Assembly: GCF_001194135.2 (NCBI RefSeq)
Contig: NC_068984.1
Location: 64,947,013 to 65,011,012, forward strand
Source of the DNA: Octopus bimaculoides
Lineage: Eukaryota
DNA: 64,000 bases
Direction of reading: 5' to 3'
Shown here one piece after another: positions 42,228 to 54,617 of this stretch. The position numbers and the translations under genes were made by a program. The notes under the pieces are model-generated. The model searched no databases and was not told the DNA's origin. It saw nothing but the letters and a program-made list of their open reading frames with translations. Positions within the stretch are counted from its first letter, which is position 1; each line of letters begins with the position of its first letter.

Positions 42228-43100
42228 TTACCAAATTTTCCGATGACTATTTATTCTTTTTCCTTTATTCTGACGTTTTGTCATCTTCGTTCTACAGTGC
42301 GTCTTTATATGTCCAATATTTCCACAACAAAAGCAGTTCACTTTTTTAAATGGACAATTTTTTGTCAGGTGTATACCTTCACATGCAAAACATGGGTTAA
42401 TTTCCTGATTTTTATCATGTTTTATAGAAAACACTTTATCTCAATTCTGATTATTTTGCACTTGCTTTACTTGGAAATAATCTTTAAGTTCACTTTCATT
42501 GTGTCATGTCTTAATTTGACTATCCTTTCACATTCTTCTGACACTTGCTTTTAGGTTACATCCTGGTTTTGCTGCAGCTTTGTATGAATTCTAGTTCTAA
42601 CTTCTGCACCCATTTCAGCAGCAAGTCCCTGTGTAAAACTCAGGTATTTGAACATATTTAGCGTTAATTTGTCCAGCTTAAACTTCTAGCGTTAATTTGT
42701 CCAGCTTAAACTTCTTGCGTTCCCTGTTAATTCTACCAGAATATGTGATATAATCCTTGTCGTTTTTTTCTCTATGTTCAGACACGTTCAATGTGTATTG
42801 GTCAATGAGCATTTTTCACTGAAAATTTTGCAGAATATATCAATTGTGTCATTAGCGTTTATACCCAAAGGTTTTCTTAGGAGTACAAAATTACAGTATC
42901 ACTCATGTTCTGTTGTTGCCAGTTTTCTCAAGATTAAGTGTGTTCCCACCTCATTGTCCCAATCTTCACATTCATATCTTCTGTACTATGCTTCGAAGGG
43001 AACTCCTTCGTCAGGTTCATATTTGAACCCTGTTATGGAGTTCGCGACATAGTCTGGTGGAAATTCTTTTTTCTGAATTTCCTGATGACTTTATTAATTG
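42228..43100 (-). pseudogene. Gypsy gag, disrupted
   Basis: FKYEPDEGVPFEA*YRRYE and LILRKL motifs, tandem CCHC knuckles in ORF 42228-42434, and a 28-bp tandem duplication at 42660-42715. Confidence 0.8.
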
Positions 43101-43294
43101 CAGCAATTGTTGCTGTAATAGCAATTGCTGTTGTTGTTTTTTTGCTTTTGAAACTTGAGCAAACTGGCCAACAAATTTTCCATAATTTTTATGACATTTT
43201 TTGTAAAATTCACAACAAAATTTTGTGAGTTTGTTAATTCCTCGTGGGTTGTTGATTCCTCATAGAGTTTATTAATTCCTCATGAGTTGCTTAA

Positions 43295-43307
43295 ATCCTC
43301 ATCACCA
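43295..43307 (-). promoter_or_regulatory. Primer-binding site, tRNA-Ser(GCU)-type
   Basis: Minus strand TGGTGATGAGGAT, 1 nt after the LTR end; equals TGGCGACGAGGAT (complement of the tRNA-Ser 3' end) with two CpG transitions. Confidence 0.75.
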
Positions 43308-43308
43308 C

Positions 43309-43528
43309 TGTCATATCCTCAAAATGTTGGATTGTTATAATGCCCACTTAGGTATACTTAATAAAACCAGTTTTACTAAGTATAATTTAGTAAAACCAGT
43401 AAAGACACGACTATTTCTGACCACCTGTTACATACGCTGGTACTTCACGTACCTCTCTTTGCTTATAGTGACTATATTATTCCATTCATCATGAGGGAGG
43501 GGTGTTCCATTATTACTAATTCCTTACA
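43309..43528 (-). repeat. 5' LTR (220 bp)
   Basis: Diverged direct repeat of 40619-40817, with an extra internal duplication of the AGTATA...AAAACCAGT segment. Confidence 0.88.
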
Positions 43529-44940
43529 ACATATACTTATTTGCACTTTCTTATTATGTACTGACAAATTCTAAATTACAATCATTATTTCTCACGATTA
43601 TAATTTAAATGAACAAGCAGGATGCAAACTCTCATTGATTACAAAACAAATATCTGCTTTGTCTGAAACAAATTGAGATATTGGAGAGCTAGTATTTTGA
43701 TGAATACTCGTTACAGTTCATACAGCTTACGAAATGTAAACCTGTAAATGAAGCCTCCAAATTATAGTTAAGCACATAACTAAGCAGATTGACTAATCAT
43801 AAGCAAATTGACTAATCATAAGCAGATTGACTTATCTAAAATAACTAACTACTTTTGCTTGTATTTCCCAGCTGCTGCTTTTTGATTATAAAAATGAAAG
43901 GTATTTTGGTATAGAATCTGAACAGAGTAAGAAATTTACTGACTTGTAAAATAATAACATCATGTAACTAATTTATACTTCAAAGAAGCAGTTAACATGG
44001 TTCAATCCACAAGTCAGTTCCAAATATAAGAAGTTATATATTATTAAGGCCATACTTTTACCATCCCCCAAATAAATATAGTTGAATGTTACATCCAGTG
44101 TTGGATGTACTTGTTACCTAAAACTTGAGTACACCTCTGAAAACAGTGTGAGTTGCAATCAAGATTAAGCTATTTTACTCTTTTATCAGTTTCTATCACA
44201 GTACAAGGCTCAAGGTTCTGATTAAAATTGAAATATTTAAATAGATACCTATTAAATTTGTGATGATATGGAATTAGAATATTTACTATCTTATCTTAGT
44301 CTCTTTTAATTAAACACTGAACACATTCAAAATTAATATTTCATTTTATTTTGTTGAAGTAATACATGATTTCTGAATAATTTCTTATTTTTAACCTGTT
44401 GATTGTTTTGTTTTGCAAATAAAGCAAAAAACAATTTTCTAATGAGGTGGGAGAAAATATGGTACCAAATAATGCCCATACAGGAGGAACCAAAAGTGCA
44501 AAATTGAGAAACACTGTTGTTACATGTTAAGATTATCTCCTTAATTTAATCCATTAATACATGGTGTCCCCAAGACAAGATAGTTGGTATAAAGAATTTA
44601 TTGGTTGTAAATAATATCTCCTAGTGATACAGTATTTAGTGTAATATATTAAGACAACGTTTGTGGATTTATAATAAAAATATTCAAGCAATATTCATCT
44701 CTGCTTTTTATGTTTTTTTCATTCTGTCTGTGACCTTTATACTGTGCAGTTCCTACTCATCACAGTCATCAACACAGGCCTCTTAGAAAAGTCTTTGACA
44801 TAACGATAAGCATTGTATTTTCATAGCTACATAATCATCACCTTATTCCAGGTTAGCACTAATCACAGTTAATGATATCATGTCATTATAATTTCCTATA
44901 TAATGAAATCTCAGTCTTCATCCACTGTTATTATCATTAA

Positions 44941-45716
44941 TAATGATATGAACACTGCTGCCTTTTATTATCACCTTTCACAACCACTATACCAAAGTAA
45001 TCATTAAACTGTGTAAATTTCAATAAAATTCTTCATGTTTATTTCTAATGATTTTATTAAGGAGGATTCTCTGATTACAGTTCTGTGGATATAGCAGCTA
45101 GTGTCAAGAATTCCAGTATTATTTAATACTGACAGTTGTGGTTAAAGGTTGCATATAACAACAATAAGCATACTCATAGACTTATATCAGCTAACATACG
45201 CCAGATGAGATTTCTTGTTCATACCGGTATTCCATTTCAATTATTTTTTTTTTTTTGCTTCTACACAGCTTTTCTTGTTAAATTGTGGGATGCTGCTGCT
45301 GTTGCTAATGATGATGTTATAACAGCAACTAGAACAATTTGAAATGCACATATATTTCTATGTAGTGAAAGCCCAGGTTTTGACACATTAACGGGACCAA
45401 ACACACTACCACTGAGTTCAGAACTTGCCTCACCATTTTATTCATGAAAACAATTCATCATAGGTATTTTATTGTTTCTATGTTATTAATGATATGAACA
45501 CTGCTGTCTTTTATTATCATCTTTCACAATCATTATACCAAGCCAACCATTAAACTATGTACATTGCAATAAATACAATCTTCCTTAATATATTTGCCAT
45601 ATATAAATTTATATGGCAAGTGTATTAAAGGAGATTCTTGGCTTATTTTTCTTTAGACATTGCAGCCTGTATCAAGAATTCTAATGCTATTTAATAGTGA
45701 CAGTTGTGGTTAAAGG
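44941..45716 (+). repeat. Diverged local direct duplication (44941-45148 and 45487-45716)
   Basis: Both copies start TAATGATATGAACACTGCTG and end GACAGTTGTGGTTAAAGG, with colinear matching blocks between. Confidence 0.85.
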
Positions 45717-48700
45717 GTGATTCTTAAATTTTTATATCTAATACTATAAACCTACGCATAGACACATGTTCACATTATTTAGGGTTGAATAGCATTCTTA
45801 ACTCCAACTATTTATAATTAAACTGTTGCTACAAGGATTTATATAATTTATATATCAATTAAATTTATTCTAGGAATGTTTGCCTTCCAAACAACTTTTG
45901 TCAGGTACTTCCAAGGTGTTCTGTTTGGGGGTATGTGTACGTAATTGGCCTAAGAAATATGTATTTGTATAAATAACTCAAGCGAAGAATATAACAAGTA
46001 AAGCATAGTATAAGTAAAACGTAGTAGATGGTGCCCTGTAAATCCATAAGCATGAAATGTCTCATTTTAGACATATATAATGACAGTTGTCTGTCTTTGT
46101 GCGTAAATATGAATATAAATATGTGTGTATGTGTGCATGTGTTTTTATTTGTTAGTCTGTTTTCTGTTCCTTTATCTATGCTTGCATGGTTAGGATTTGT
46201 AATCTGAGTAGTTGCTCACAGCCAGATGTACTTCCTCATGCTAACCCTTTCCCATTTGTCAAGTGAAGATCTCTTGTTCCACACAGCTTCAAAGGCACAA
46301 AGTGACTGAGCAATTTGTTGAAAGGAGAAACTGACAACAACACTAACCACTGCTCTTTCATACAGGCAACCACATATACAAACACACACACACTCATGTG
46401 TACACACAATATTTACATAACAAAATGCATAGCATGTGAATTATAAGTCAAACAACCTAAAGTGACTTTTCTCTAATTTACTTCATCTTGTACTAGCAAC
46501 AGGAGAAGCAATGGGGCCATAGAAAATCTACCTCAATAATTTTCATCCAGCCCATAACAGAATTGATGATGATGATGGTACATTGAGAGAAAGATAAAAA
46601 TTAAAAGTGAGACAAATACACCATGTATACACCGAGCAAATAAAGTGGATAATGAATAAAAATGAAAGAAATTATTGAGAAGGAGTTTTATGAAGACACA
46701 GTGAGAAAGAAAGAATCAGCTAAATACTCTCACACATCTTTGACAATTAAAATACACTGTATAGTTTGTTAGCTCAAATGACACACTTTACAGAATATTT
46801 ATCTCACAGGTGATGATGACAAGAATTTTGACAGATATAGAAATAACTGTATAATGTAAATGAAACCTTCTGTGTTCAACAAACCAATGTTTGTTTGATT
46901 TGCATAACTTCAGACGATTTAAATTCTGAGATGTTTCTAGACATATATCCTATGGAATACAAACTTCAAGTTTCAACTCCATATATAAATAGACTTTTCA
47001 AATTTAAAGAAATTCTAGATCAAATTGTTGATGCCAAAAATGATTATTCTAGAATAAAATAGAAAATGAACACAAACGTTTATGTGTTTGTGAAAGGACT
47101 GGTGCATCACCTTTGACACATGCTTTGGATTATTCAGTATTGATTCAATAATATGAGGGTCCTATTTTATTATTCCTTATTTATAGAGCATAAATGCTTG
47201 AATAAACATCTTGAAATTTTGCCTCTTTAATTTCCAAACTATATCACTTGGCATCTGTGAATGTTTTGTTGATCTGATTAGGAATGAATGAAGACTATAT
47301 GAAGAAGAAAAATAAACACCTGCTTTTTCCTGTGTAGCATTTTTTAAAGAAATGATCCAAATGGCATATTTAAGGGTCAAGGGCACTTCTACTGTTATTT
47401 GGAAGTGAAAAACACCATATATTTAACCAATTGATGTGTTGAAACAAAATTTCTAGAGGCAACTCAAAGTGACATAGTGAGGTACAAAACACTATAACTT
47501 GATTGAACATGTTGTGAGTTTCATGTAGTCTACAGCAAGAACTGCAACATTTCAGCACCGTTCGGAATCTTATTCTACAATTTTATTCACACCAAAGCTA
47601 ATTATTTAAAATATTTTATTCTATTCCATTCATGTATTTATTTGGCAAGATTTAAAACAAGATTAGTTATTATCAAATTAAAACTTAATTTATTGATATA
47701 GCATAGTGCTAAAAAAAATAGAGAAGTTTTTAATCATTATCTCTTAACAAAATATATAGAATGCCACTTGTGTAAAAGAAAAAAAAAATGCAATATAATA
47801 AGCATCAGTCAACTCAACTGATGAAGGACAGAAAATAAATTTTAAAATGATTGCCTTTTAGTAGCAAAGATTTATTGCTCTCTGCATTAATAATCAATTC
47901 TAATAAATTTAATATCAGGTAAAAAGTAGACACAATGTCATATTTCAGAAAAGGCACTCAGTATTGTTCTCTTCAAATGTAAATCAAAGTTTTGAATTAC
48001 AAATATCTGATACTAACACACTTGCACAATTACAATCCTATTTCTGCTACATAAAAATAAATATTCAAAAGTGTGTGGTGGAGTTTATGGTGTGTAGGTC
48101 TTTATAAATCTATATAGTGTCCTAGACACACTGTATGTCTGTAAAGAAAGACAAACACATGGTAAAAAAGTAGAAATTTATACTAATATATGAGTGTGTG
48201 TGTGTGTAAATATATATATATATGTAAATAAGACAGACACATTTACAAACACAGAAATAAAATATGAATATAAATTCTTAAGGGTAAGCTACTTGTCATA
48301 AATAAATTGTGATTGTGTGTGTATGTATGTGGGGGGGGGGGTTGTATATATGTGTTTGGTGTATTTGAGAGTGAGCAAGTTTGGAGAGGAAGTCATGGAC
48401 TATAAAAGCTGATTGTCTTGGTAACTACAAGTTAGGTACTTGACGGTTGTTTCAGAAAAACGTATAGAACTTCTTCACCCAAGACTGTCCATCTCTTGAA
48501 AGAGATCTCATAATGAATATGAAAAATAAAACAAAAGAGAAGAAGAAAAAAACATATTTTCCTCCAATGATGTTACATGAGCAAGGATAAATTTTTTGTG
48601 TTCGAATTCTGCCAAGCTAAATCTACCTTTTGATCATCTAATTACAAGTAAGTAAGTCCACATAATATATGACAAGAGGATACAAACAGGAAGGTTGCAA

Positions 48701-49939
48701 AATGTAATTTGATATCATGAATAACTTGTAACTAGAAAGGAAAACTACACAACTAGATACACTGAATTTCCTATTGCCGAGATCTAATATCATTGTATTA
48801 ATTCTAAATGTTTATAAGAGTAATTTGATGTGTATAGTTCTATTCCTACATCCTTGTATCTACCATCTCAAACAGATTAGGCTTTTTGTTTCATCGACAT
48901 CACCAAGAAAAATTATTTATATGTGCATGTGTATGTGTACATATATATATGTGTGTGTGTGTGTGTTCACGTATATATGTGTGTGTCATATGTACATATA
49001 TGACATGTGTATTTGCATGAATATATGTTATGTCACCATAAAAATGTGTGCTTTATAATCCACTAAGAATGGTGATAAACATATGAAATCCTGAAGCAAA
49101 TTCACAAATATTTCCCCATATCATTCACTATGACAACGCATCAGCAGATAGGAGAAAATGCAAGGTGACTTTCTCACTTCTGTGGAATAGAATGAATGAA
49201 TTTAGCTTATAATTTTCGATTGGTATTTTTCCTTATCAGTAGTTTCATGCAGACTCCATATTGCATATTAATAACGTTGGTCATATCAATGTCATAAAAA
49301 CATATCTCAGTGTCATAAAAAACATGCAACAGGTATAATATAATCAGCAATAGATATCATGTTATACATATTTTGTAACAAAAAACACAAATGAAAACAT
49401 TAAAATGATACAAAACCTCATTCATCATCAAAAGAATCTGACTGCAATGGTAGGGTTCACCAGTTTAGTTAAACATTGAACCTAGAGATACATTTCTTGC
49501 AACAGATTATTTATAAGGAGGTAGATTTATATGACACTTATGAAACAATTAACAATTGATGGAAGTGCACTACTTATTGTGTGATCTTATGCTGATGTTC
49601 CAATAATTAGTAGCCACAAGGAAACATCTACTTGAGTTAATGAAACTAGATTTAATGTGACTGACCTAAGATTGATTTCTTGAATGAGAAATGCATGGAC
49701 AGATTTTTATATGTTTATCTAAACTTATTTCATTCCTTCTCTCTCCCACTTCCTTCTTTCTTTATGGAAATCTCTGTCTTTGTTGCTTTCAATCTCTTTC
49801 CATTGCTACTTTTAAATTTGCCCCATGTAACTAGTACAGAATTATATGCCTATGGAGATACACACACACACATGCAAGCACACACACACACACACACACA
49901 CACTGACATACCAATAAAAAATCAACACAATCATTCAAC

Positions 49940-50118
49940 TTGCTAGAAACAGCTGACAAATCTCCCTCTTACAGACTGCCATCTTAAAAGGCAAGAAAGA
50001 TATATGTTAGGTAATGTAGTCTAAGAAAGCCTACCATAAGAATAAAATTACTATGGCTGAAATACCTTTAACCATAGGTTTGATTCATGCAAGTTGCTTA
50101 GGTGCTTAACACCAACAA
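49940..50118 (+). mobile_element. Family 3 SINE-like repeat
   Basis: TGCTAGAAACAGCTGACAAATCTCCCTC...ATGGCTGAAATACCTTT...AACACCAACAAC tail. Confidence 0.65.
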
Positions 50119-50274
50119 CGTGTGTACATATGCATGTATCTATATTCACTGAACTTGAGCATTGAAATTATACATGATTAGATCAATTGTAGAGTGTATC
50201 ATTTCTTAACACAATGTCTTAAATTTCTCACATACAGAATGTCATCATCATTACTACTGTTGCTGCTACTGCTA

Positions 50275-50700
50275 CCACTGCCACTACCAAAAACAGTAAC
50301 AACATTTTAATGTCCACTTTTTCGGGGATTACATGATGGAATTCATCATGGTAGTTTTTCTATGCCTGGATACCCATCCTATTATCAACCTACATCTGGT
50401 AATCTTTCTCCCATGCTGAACATGTTTTCACGAAAGACAGAAAATAAGGGACTGGTCTTGCATAAAAGTGATGCTCATTTATAGTAATCCTCTGATGGCA
50501 AAACAAAATAACACAAGCACACGCATGTATACAATGAGATTTGTTCAGTTTTCATCAACCAAAATCTGCACCCAAATCTTTGATCAATCTGGGGCTACAG
50601 TAGATGATATTTGCCCAAGACACTTTGCAATAGGACTGATCTTGAAACCAAGTGACTGGAAGTAAATTTATCAGCCACACAATCATTTCTGTACCTATGT
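50275..50700 (-). mobile_element. Old composite SINE: family 1-like head with RTE-like tail
   Basis: Degraded head at 50540-50700 (TTTGCCCAAGAC...AGGACTGA...AGCCACAC) and tail at 50275-50520 (TTTAATGTCCACTTTT...CTGGATACCCATCC). Confidence 0.6.
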
Positions 50701-51392
50701 TCAATATAGTAAATGACAACTTTTTATGTTACTGAAGATGGGAATATGATGTCTTAATAGCGTACATTTTCTTCAAAATTCCATGTTATATTAATGATAC
50801 AATAGAAAGCTAATTTAACCCATGCTGTGTTACTAAAGAAGCTACCTCAGATTACTTACTAATGTATTAAGAAACTGAAATGCATTTATATGCTTAGATC
50901 TTTAGTAAATACACTATTGAATTTATTACTTTGGATATGAAGCAAAACACGAATTTAGGAAAAAAAGTTATCAGTAAACAGAAATGTTTTAGAAAAGGAA
51001 GCAACTAAAATAAGATTATTTAAAAAATAAAATTTTGTTTACATAAAAAAAGTATAACTTCCTTTCATTTTTGTTACTTTGGCAGAACTGCGGAAGCATT
51101 AACTCATGTATAAGCCTCATTATCATTATAATTCGTTATTTTGTTAAAGTACAACAGACATCTCTCTTTATGACTTTAGAAATGATAAATGCAAAGATAC
51201 AGAACTGAAATATTAAAAAAAAAAAAATTATTGTCCATATATATGCTAATAGGGATGTTGAACTGTTCATGCCTAGAAATATTCATATAAAACTGAGCAA
51301 CAAAAGAATTTAACCAAAAGACTTACACTTCTAGTCTAAAATTCAAGTTTAGTTTCTAAATATCTGCTCACAAAGAATACAGCTTTGTAAAT

Positions 51393-51790
51393 AATAATGA
51401 TGATGATGATGATGATAATGATGATAAAGATGATGATGATGATGATAATGATGATGATGATCCTTTCTACTATAGCACTAGGGGCTTGAAATATTAGAGA
51501 AAGTGGATAGTCAATTTCATCAACTCCAGTGCTCAACTGCTACTTATTTCACTGACCCCAAAAGGATGAAAGGTAAAGCTGACCTTGGTGGTATTTGAAC
51601 TCAGAATGTAAAGACAAACAAAATGCCACTAAGCATTTTGTCAAGTATGCAAATGATTCTGCCATCTCATCACCTTCAATCCCAGTGCATAACATCAAAC
51701 CCAGTGCATAAAAGGATAAAAGGCTAAGTCAATCTTGGCAGAATTTGAACTCAGAATATCAAGACAGCTGAAACACTGCTAAGCTGCCTT
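51393..51790 (-). mobile_element. Family 2 SINE with (ATG)n tract and an adjacent partial second copy
   Basis: (ATG/ATA)n at 51393-51460, SINE body at 51460-51677, duplicated B-box segment GAATTTGAACTCAGAAT at ~51742. Confidence 0.85.
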
Positions 51791-52222
51791 CTCTTAATCA
51801 TATATTGGTACAGTAGTTGTATTTATGAGATCTGCAAATGATAAGAGGCTTACTTCTCAAAAGGAGACACTTGCCCAAAAGGCTATGCAGTGAATATAAA
51901 ATGGTGGCCAGGAAGCAAACTTCCCAATAACATAACTATGCCTGCATCTAATAAGTCATATTTATTGCAGCTATGTTGGCCACTATAGACACACCTGTGT
52001 TAAACTAATCATGTTGTAGGTAGGTGCATCTTTAAAAATATATATCAGAATAATGCAGAACCACTGAGTACTACATATATTTATGATAAAGCTTCTGATT
52101 AAAATATTGTGCATTATATATGAAATACGATGAAATGACCCAGAAATTTTGCCTTAAAAGGAAAAGTTGATGTAGTTTGTGTTCTATCTGTCTTGACATA
52201 TACATGTGTGTGTCTGTGTGTA

Positions 52223-52263
<41 letters not shown>

Positions 52264-52868
52264 TCACACATATTTGCTTATTTATTGAACAAAAGCTAAT
52301 GATTCACTCAACATCTACTCTGAGTTTGTCACATCTATACATTCTTTCAGGTGCTACAAATAAAGAAGCTAAAACTATGAAACACAACTATTACCCCACA
52401 TAGTTTATGTCGATCAGCTTTAATTATTTGATGTGACACTGTTGAAGATTTTGGGATTGTACAGAATAAAACAAGCAGTAAGGCTCATGTTTCTAGAATA
52501 TATATAAAATGGCCTGATTTCAGAATACAGTCAACTGTGTCAGTATATATTAAGAGACAGATATTGGAGAAGATTTCACAAATGTAATACATTCACTGAA
52601 GTAGAAAGAATATAATTTCTAAATTGTTTCCTGGCATAAATTATCTTAAAAGTAGTTTGTAATGATTTATACTTATTCTTACTTGATTGAGCATAATTTT
52701 GTATTAATTGTTACTAATTCTGAAACATTAAAATTGTTCATAATAGATATATATCTTTTCTCTCCCATGAGAAATGTAAAAAAAAACACAAAGCCTCAGT
52801 AGCACATCTAGGGAATATAGTCAACTTTATTTGACAAATCTATTTTCATTATATACATATATGTACAT

Positions 52869-52902
<34 letters not shown>

Positions 52903-53203
52903 GTATGTATATAAATATATACATAAATATATACATAAATATATATATATATATCTGTGTGTAAGTAATATGCATACATATGTCTATAGTATGCACCTAT
53001 ACCCATATATATAATGTATACACACAAAACACACGCACAAATATATATATATAAACATATAATTGCATACATAAACACAACTGACATTGTATATAATATT
53101 CAGAGAGAAAGAAAAGAGAAGGAAATAGAGAGAGAGAGAGAGAGAAAGAGAGAGATACGTATGCCTGCATACATACAAACATGCACCCTCACGCACATGC
53201 ACA

Positions 53204-53234
<31 letters not shown>

Positions 53235-53606
53235 CTCTGTGTGTATGCAAATGTGCATGCAAGCGCACATGCAAACACAGATACTAACACAGAAATATGA
53301 TATATTCATTTATTCAAAATGCAAAAGATATATTTTCATGTCTTCAGAATCACAAATGTAAATCACACAAAAGCAAGGAAGATGGCTATTGTTTATGAAG
53401 TTTTAGTCATGTTAAGTAAATGCAGGTTTGTTATTCATTTCTTCCTGTTCAATATGTGGCCGTCTTCTTTCAGGGTATAACAAATCCATTATTTGTGAAA
53501 TAAACTATTTTAGTCAGCAAGTAAAGTAGTTCTCAGTGAATACAATCTAAGTTTTGGGAACATTGTTGTTAGCTCACTGAAATATACACCCACACATATG
53601 CTAACG

Positions 53607-53644
<38 letters not shown>

Positions 53645-53754
53645 TACACACATAAGCACACACACACCCATTTTCTATGTATGCTTAAATATATATACCT
53701 ATATACATATACATCTTCTTATATAAAATACACCTGTGTGTATATTTGCTTTAC

Positions 53755-53940
53755 ACACGAAAATGGCTGCGCAAATTGCTTCCATACTTCAGATGCATGA
53801 ATAATTTGACCTTGGATATATAAAAGGATCTTCAGTATATTTTTATTATTAAAAATAAATAATATTGCTTTATACATATGATTCACTTTTATAAAAAGGT
53901 TTCTCAATGTCAACTTCCGGTACTGACATAGCAACAGCAA
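53755..53940. promoter_or_regulatory. Candidate core promoter
   Basis: YY1-like AAAATGGCTGCG (53760-53771), ETS site ACTTCCGGT (53913-53921), RFX X-box-like ACTGACATAGCAAC (53922-53935), and local CpG enrichment in CpG-poor DNA. Confidence 0.45.
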
Positions 53941-54205
53941 AATTTTCCGTTTTCATTTGCAAAACCTCTCACTCTATTTTAATGCTTTCATTTCAAGTAT
54001 TAATTCGTTATTTGCAAACAACTACGATAAATCGTTGAAAGAAATATTTACTAAGTTCACAAATTTAAATATTTGGTACAAGATAGTTTTTAATGAGCTT
54101 TTATTTATACGCTTTTTCCTTTCATGTTTATTTCATTCATTGTTTGCAATGTTCTCTCTTCCCCTTTCTCCCTCTCACACACATACAGGTCAGACACATT
54201 ACATA

Positions 54206-54242
<37 letters not shown>

Positions 54243-54556
54243 NNNNNNNNNNNNNNNNNNNNNNNNNNNNNNNNNNNNNNNNNNNNNNNNNNNNNNNNNN
54301 NNNNNNNNNNNNNNNNNNNNNNNNNNNNNNNNNNNNNNNNNNNNNNNNNNNNNNNNNNNNNNNNNNNNNNNNNNNNNNNNNNNNNNNNNNNNNNNNNNNN
54401 NNNNNNNNNNNNNNNNNNNNNNNNNNNNNNNNNNNNNNNNNNNNNNNNNNNNNNNNNNNNNNNNNNNNNNNNNNNNNNNNNNNNNNNNNNNNNNNNNNNN
54501 NNNNNNNNNNNNNNNNNNNNNNNNNNNNNNNNNNNNNNNNNNNNNNNNNNNNNNNN

Positions 54557-54617
<61 letters not shown>

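Larger units (their letters stand above)
40619..43528 (-). mobile_element. Ty3/Gypsy LTR retrotransposon, internally deleted (gag, protease, integrase; no RT/RNase H), pseudogenised
   Basis: Two TG...CA LTRs, PBS and PPT; gag with two zinc knuckles (CFACEGIHLTKNC, CFCCGNIGHIKTHC); protease-like LDSSSDITII; integrase [40 protein letters not shown] and LCDTFKRALRK. Many stops; no clear TSD. Confidence 0.93.
2166..54556. other. Eight assembly gaps: 2166-2313, 3845-3999, 9693-10049, 14499-14579, 25378-25668, 28589-28692, 32440-32642, 54243-54556
   Basis: N runs seen directly; each touches an (AT)n tract on at least one side. Confidence 0.98.

Noticed and set aside
40925-42554. Plus-strand ORFs 40925-41479 (184 aa) and 42078-42554 (158 aa)
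   Set aside because: Antisense shadows of the Gypsy integrase and gag/protease.
43781-43834. Short tandem repeats (19-bp x ~3 here; also 12201-12230, 29450-29477, 54860-54897) considered as CRISPR-like
   Set aside because: No spacers, no cas genes, eukaryotic context; ordinary slippage duplications.
45366-45425. tRNA-like sequence on the minus strand
   Set aside because: No full cloverleaf or intact B box; at most a SINE-head or pseudo-tRNA remnant.
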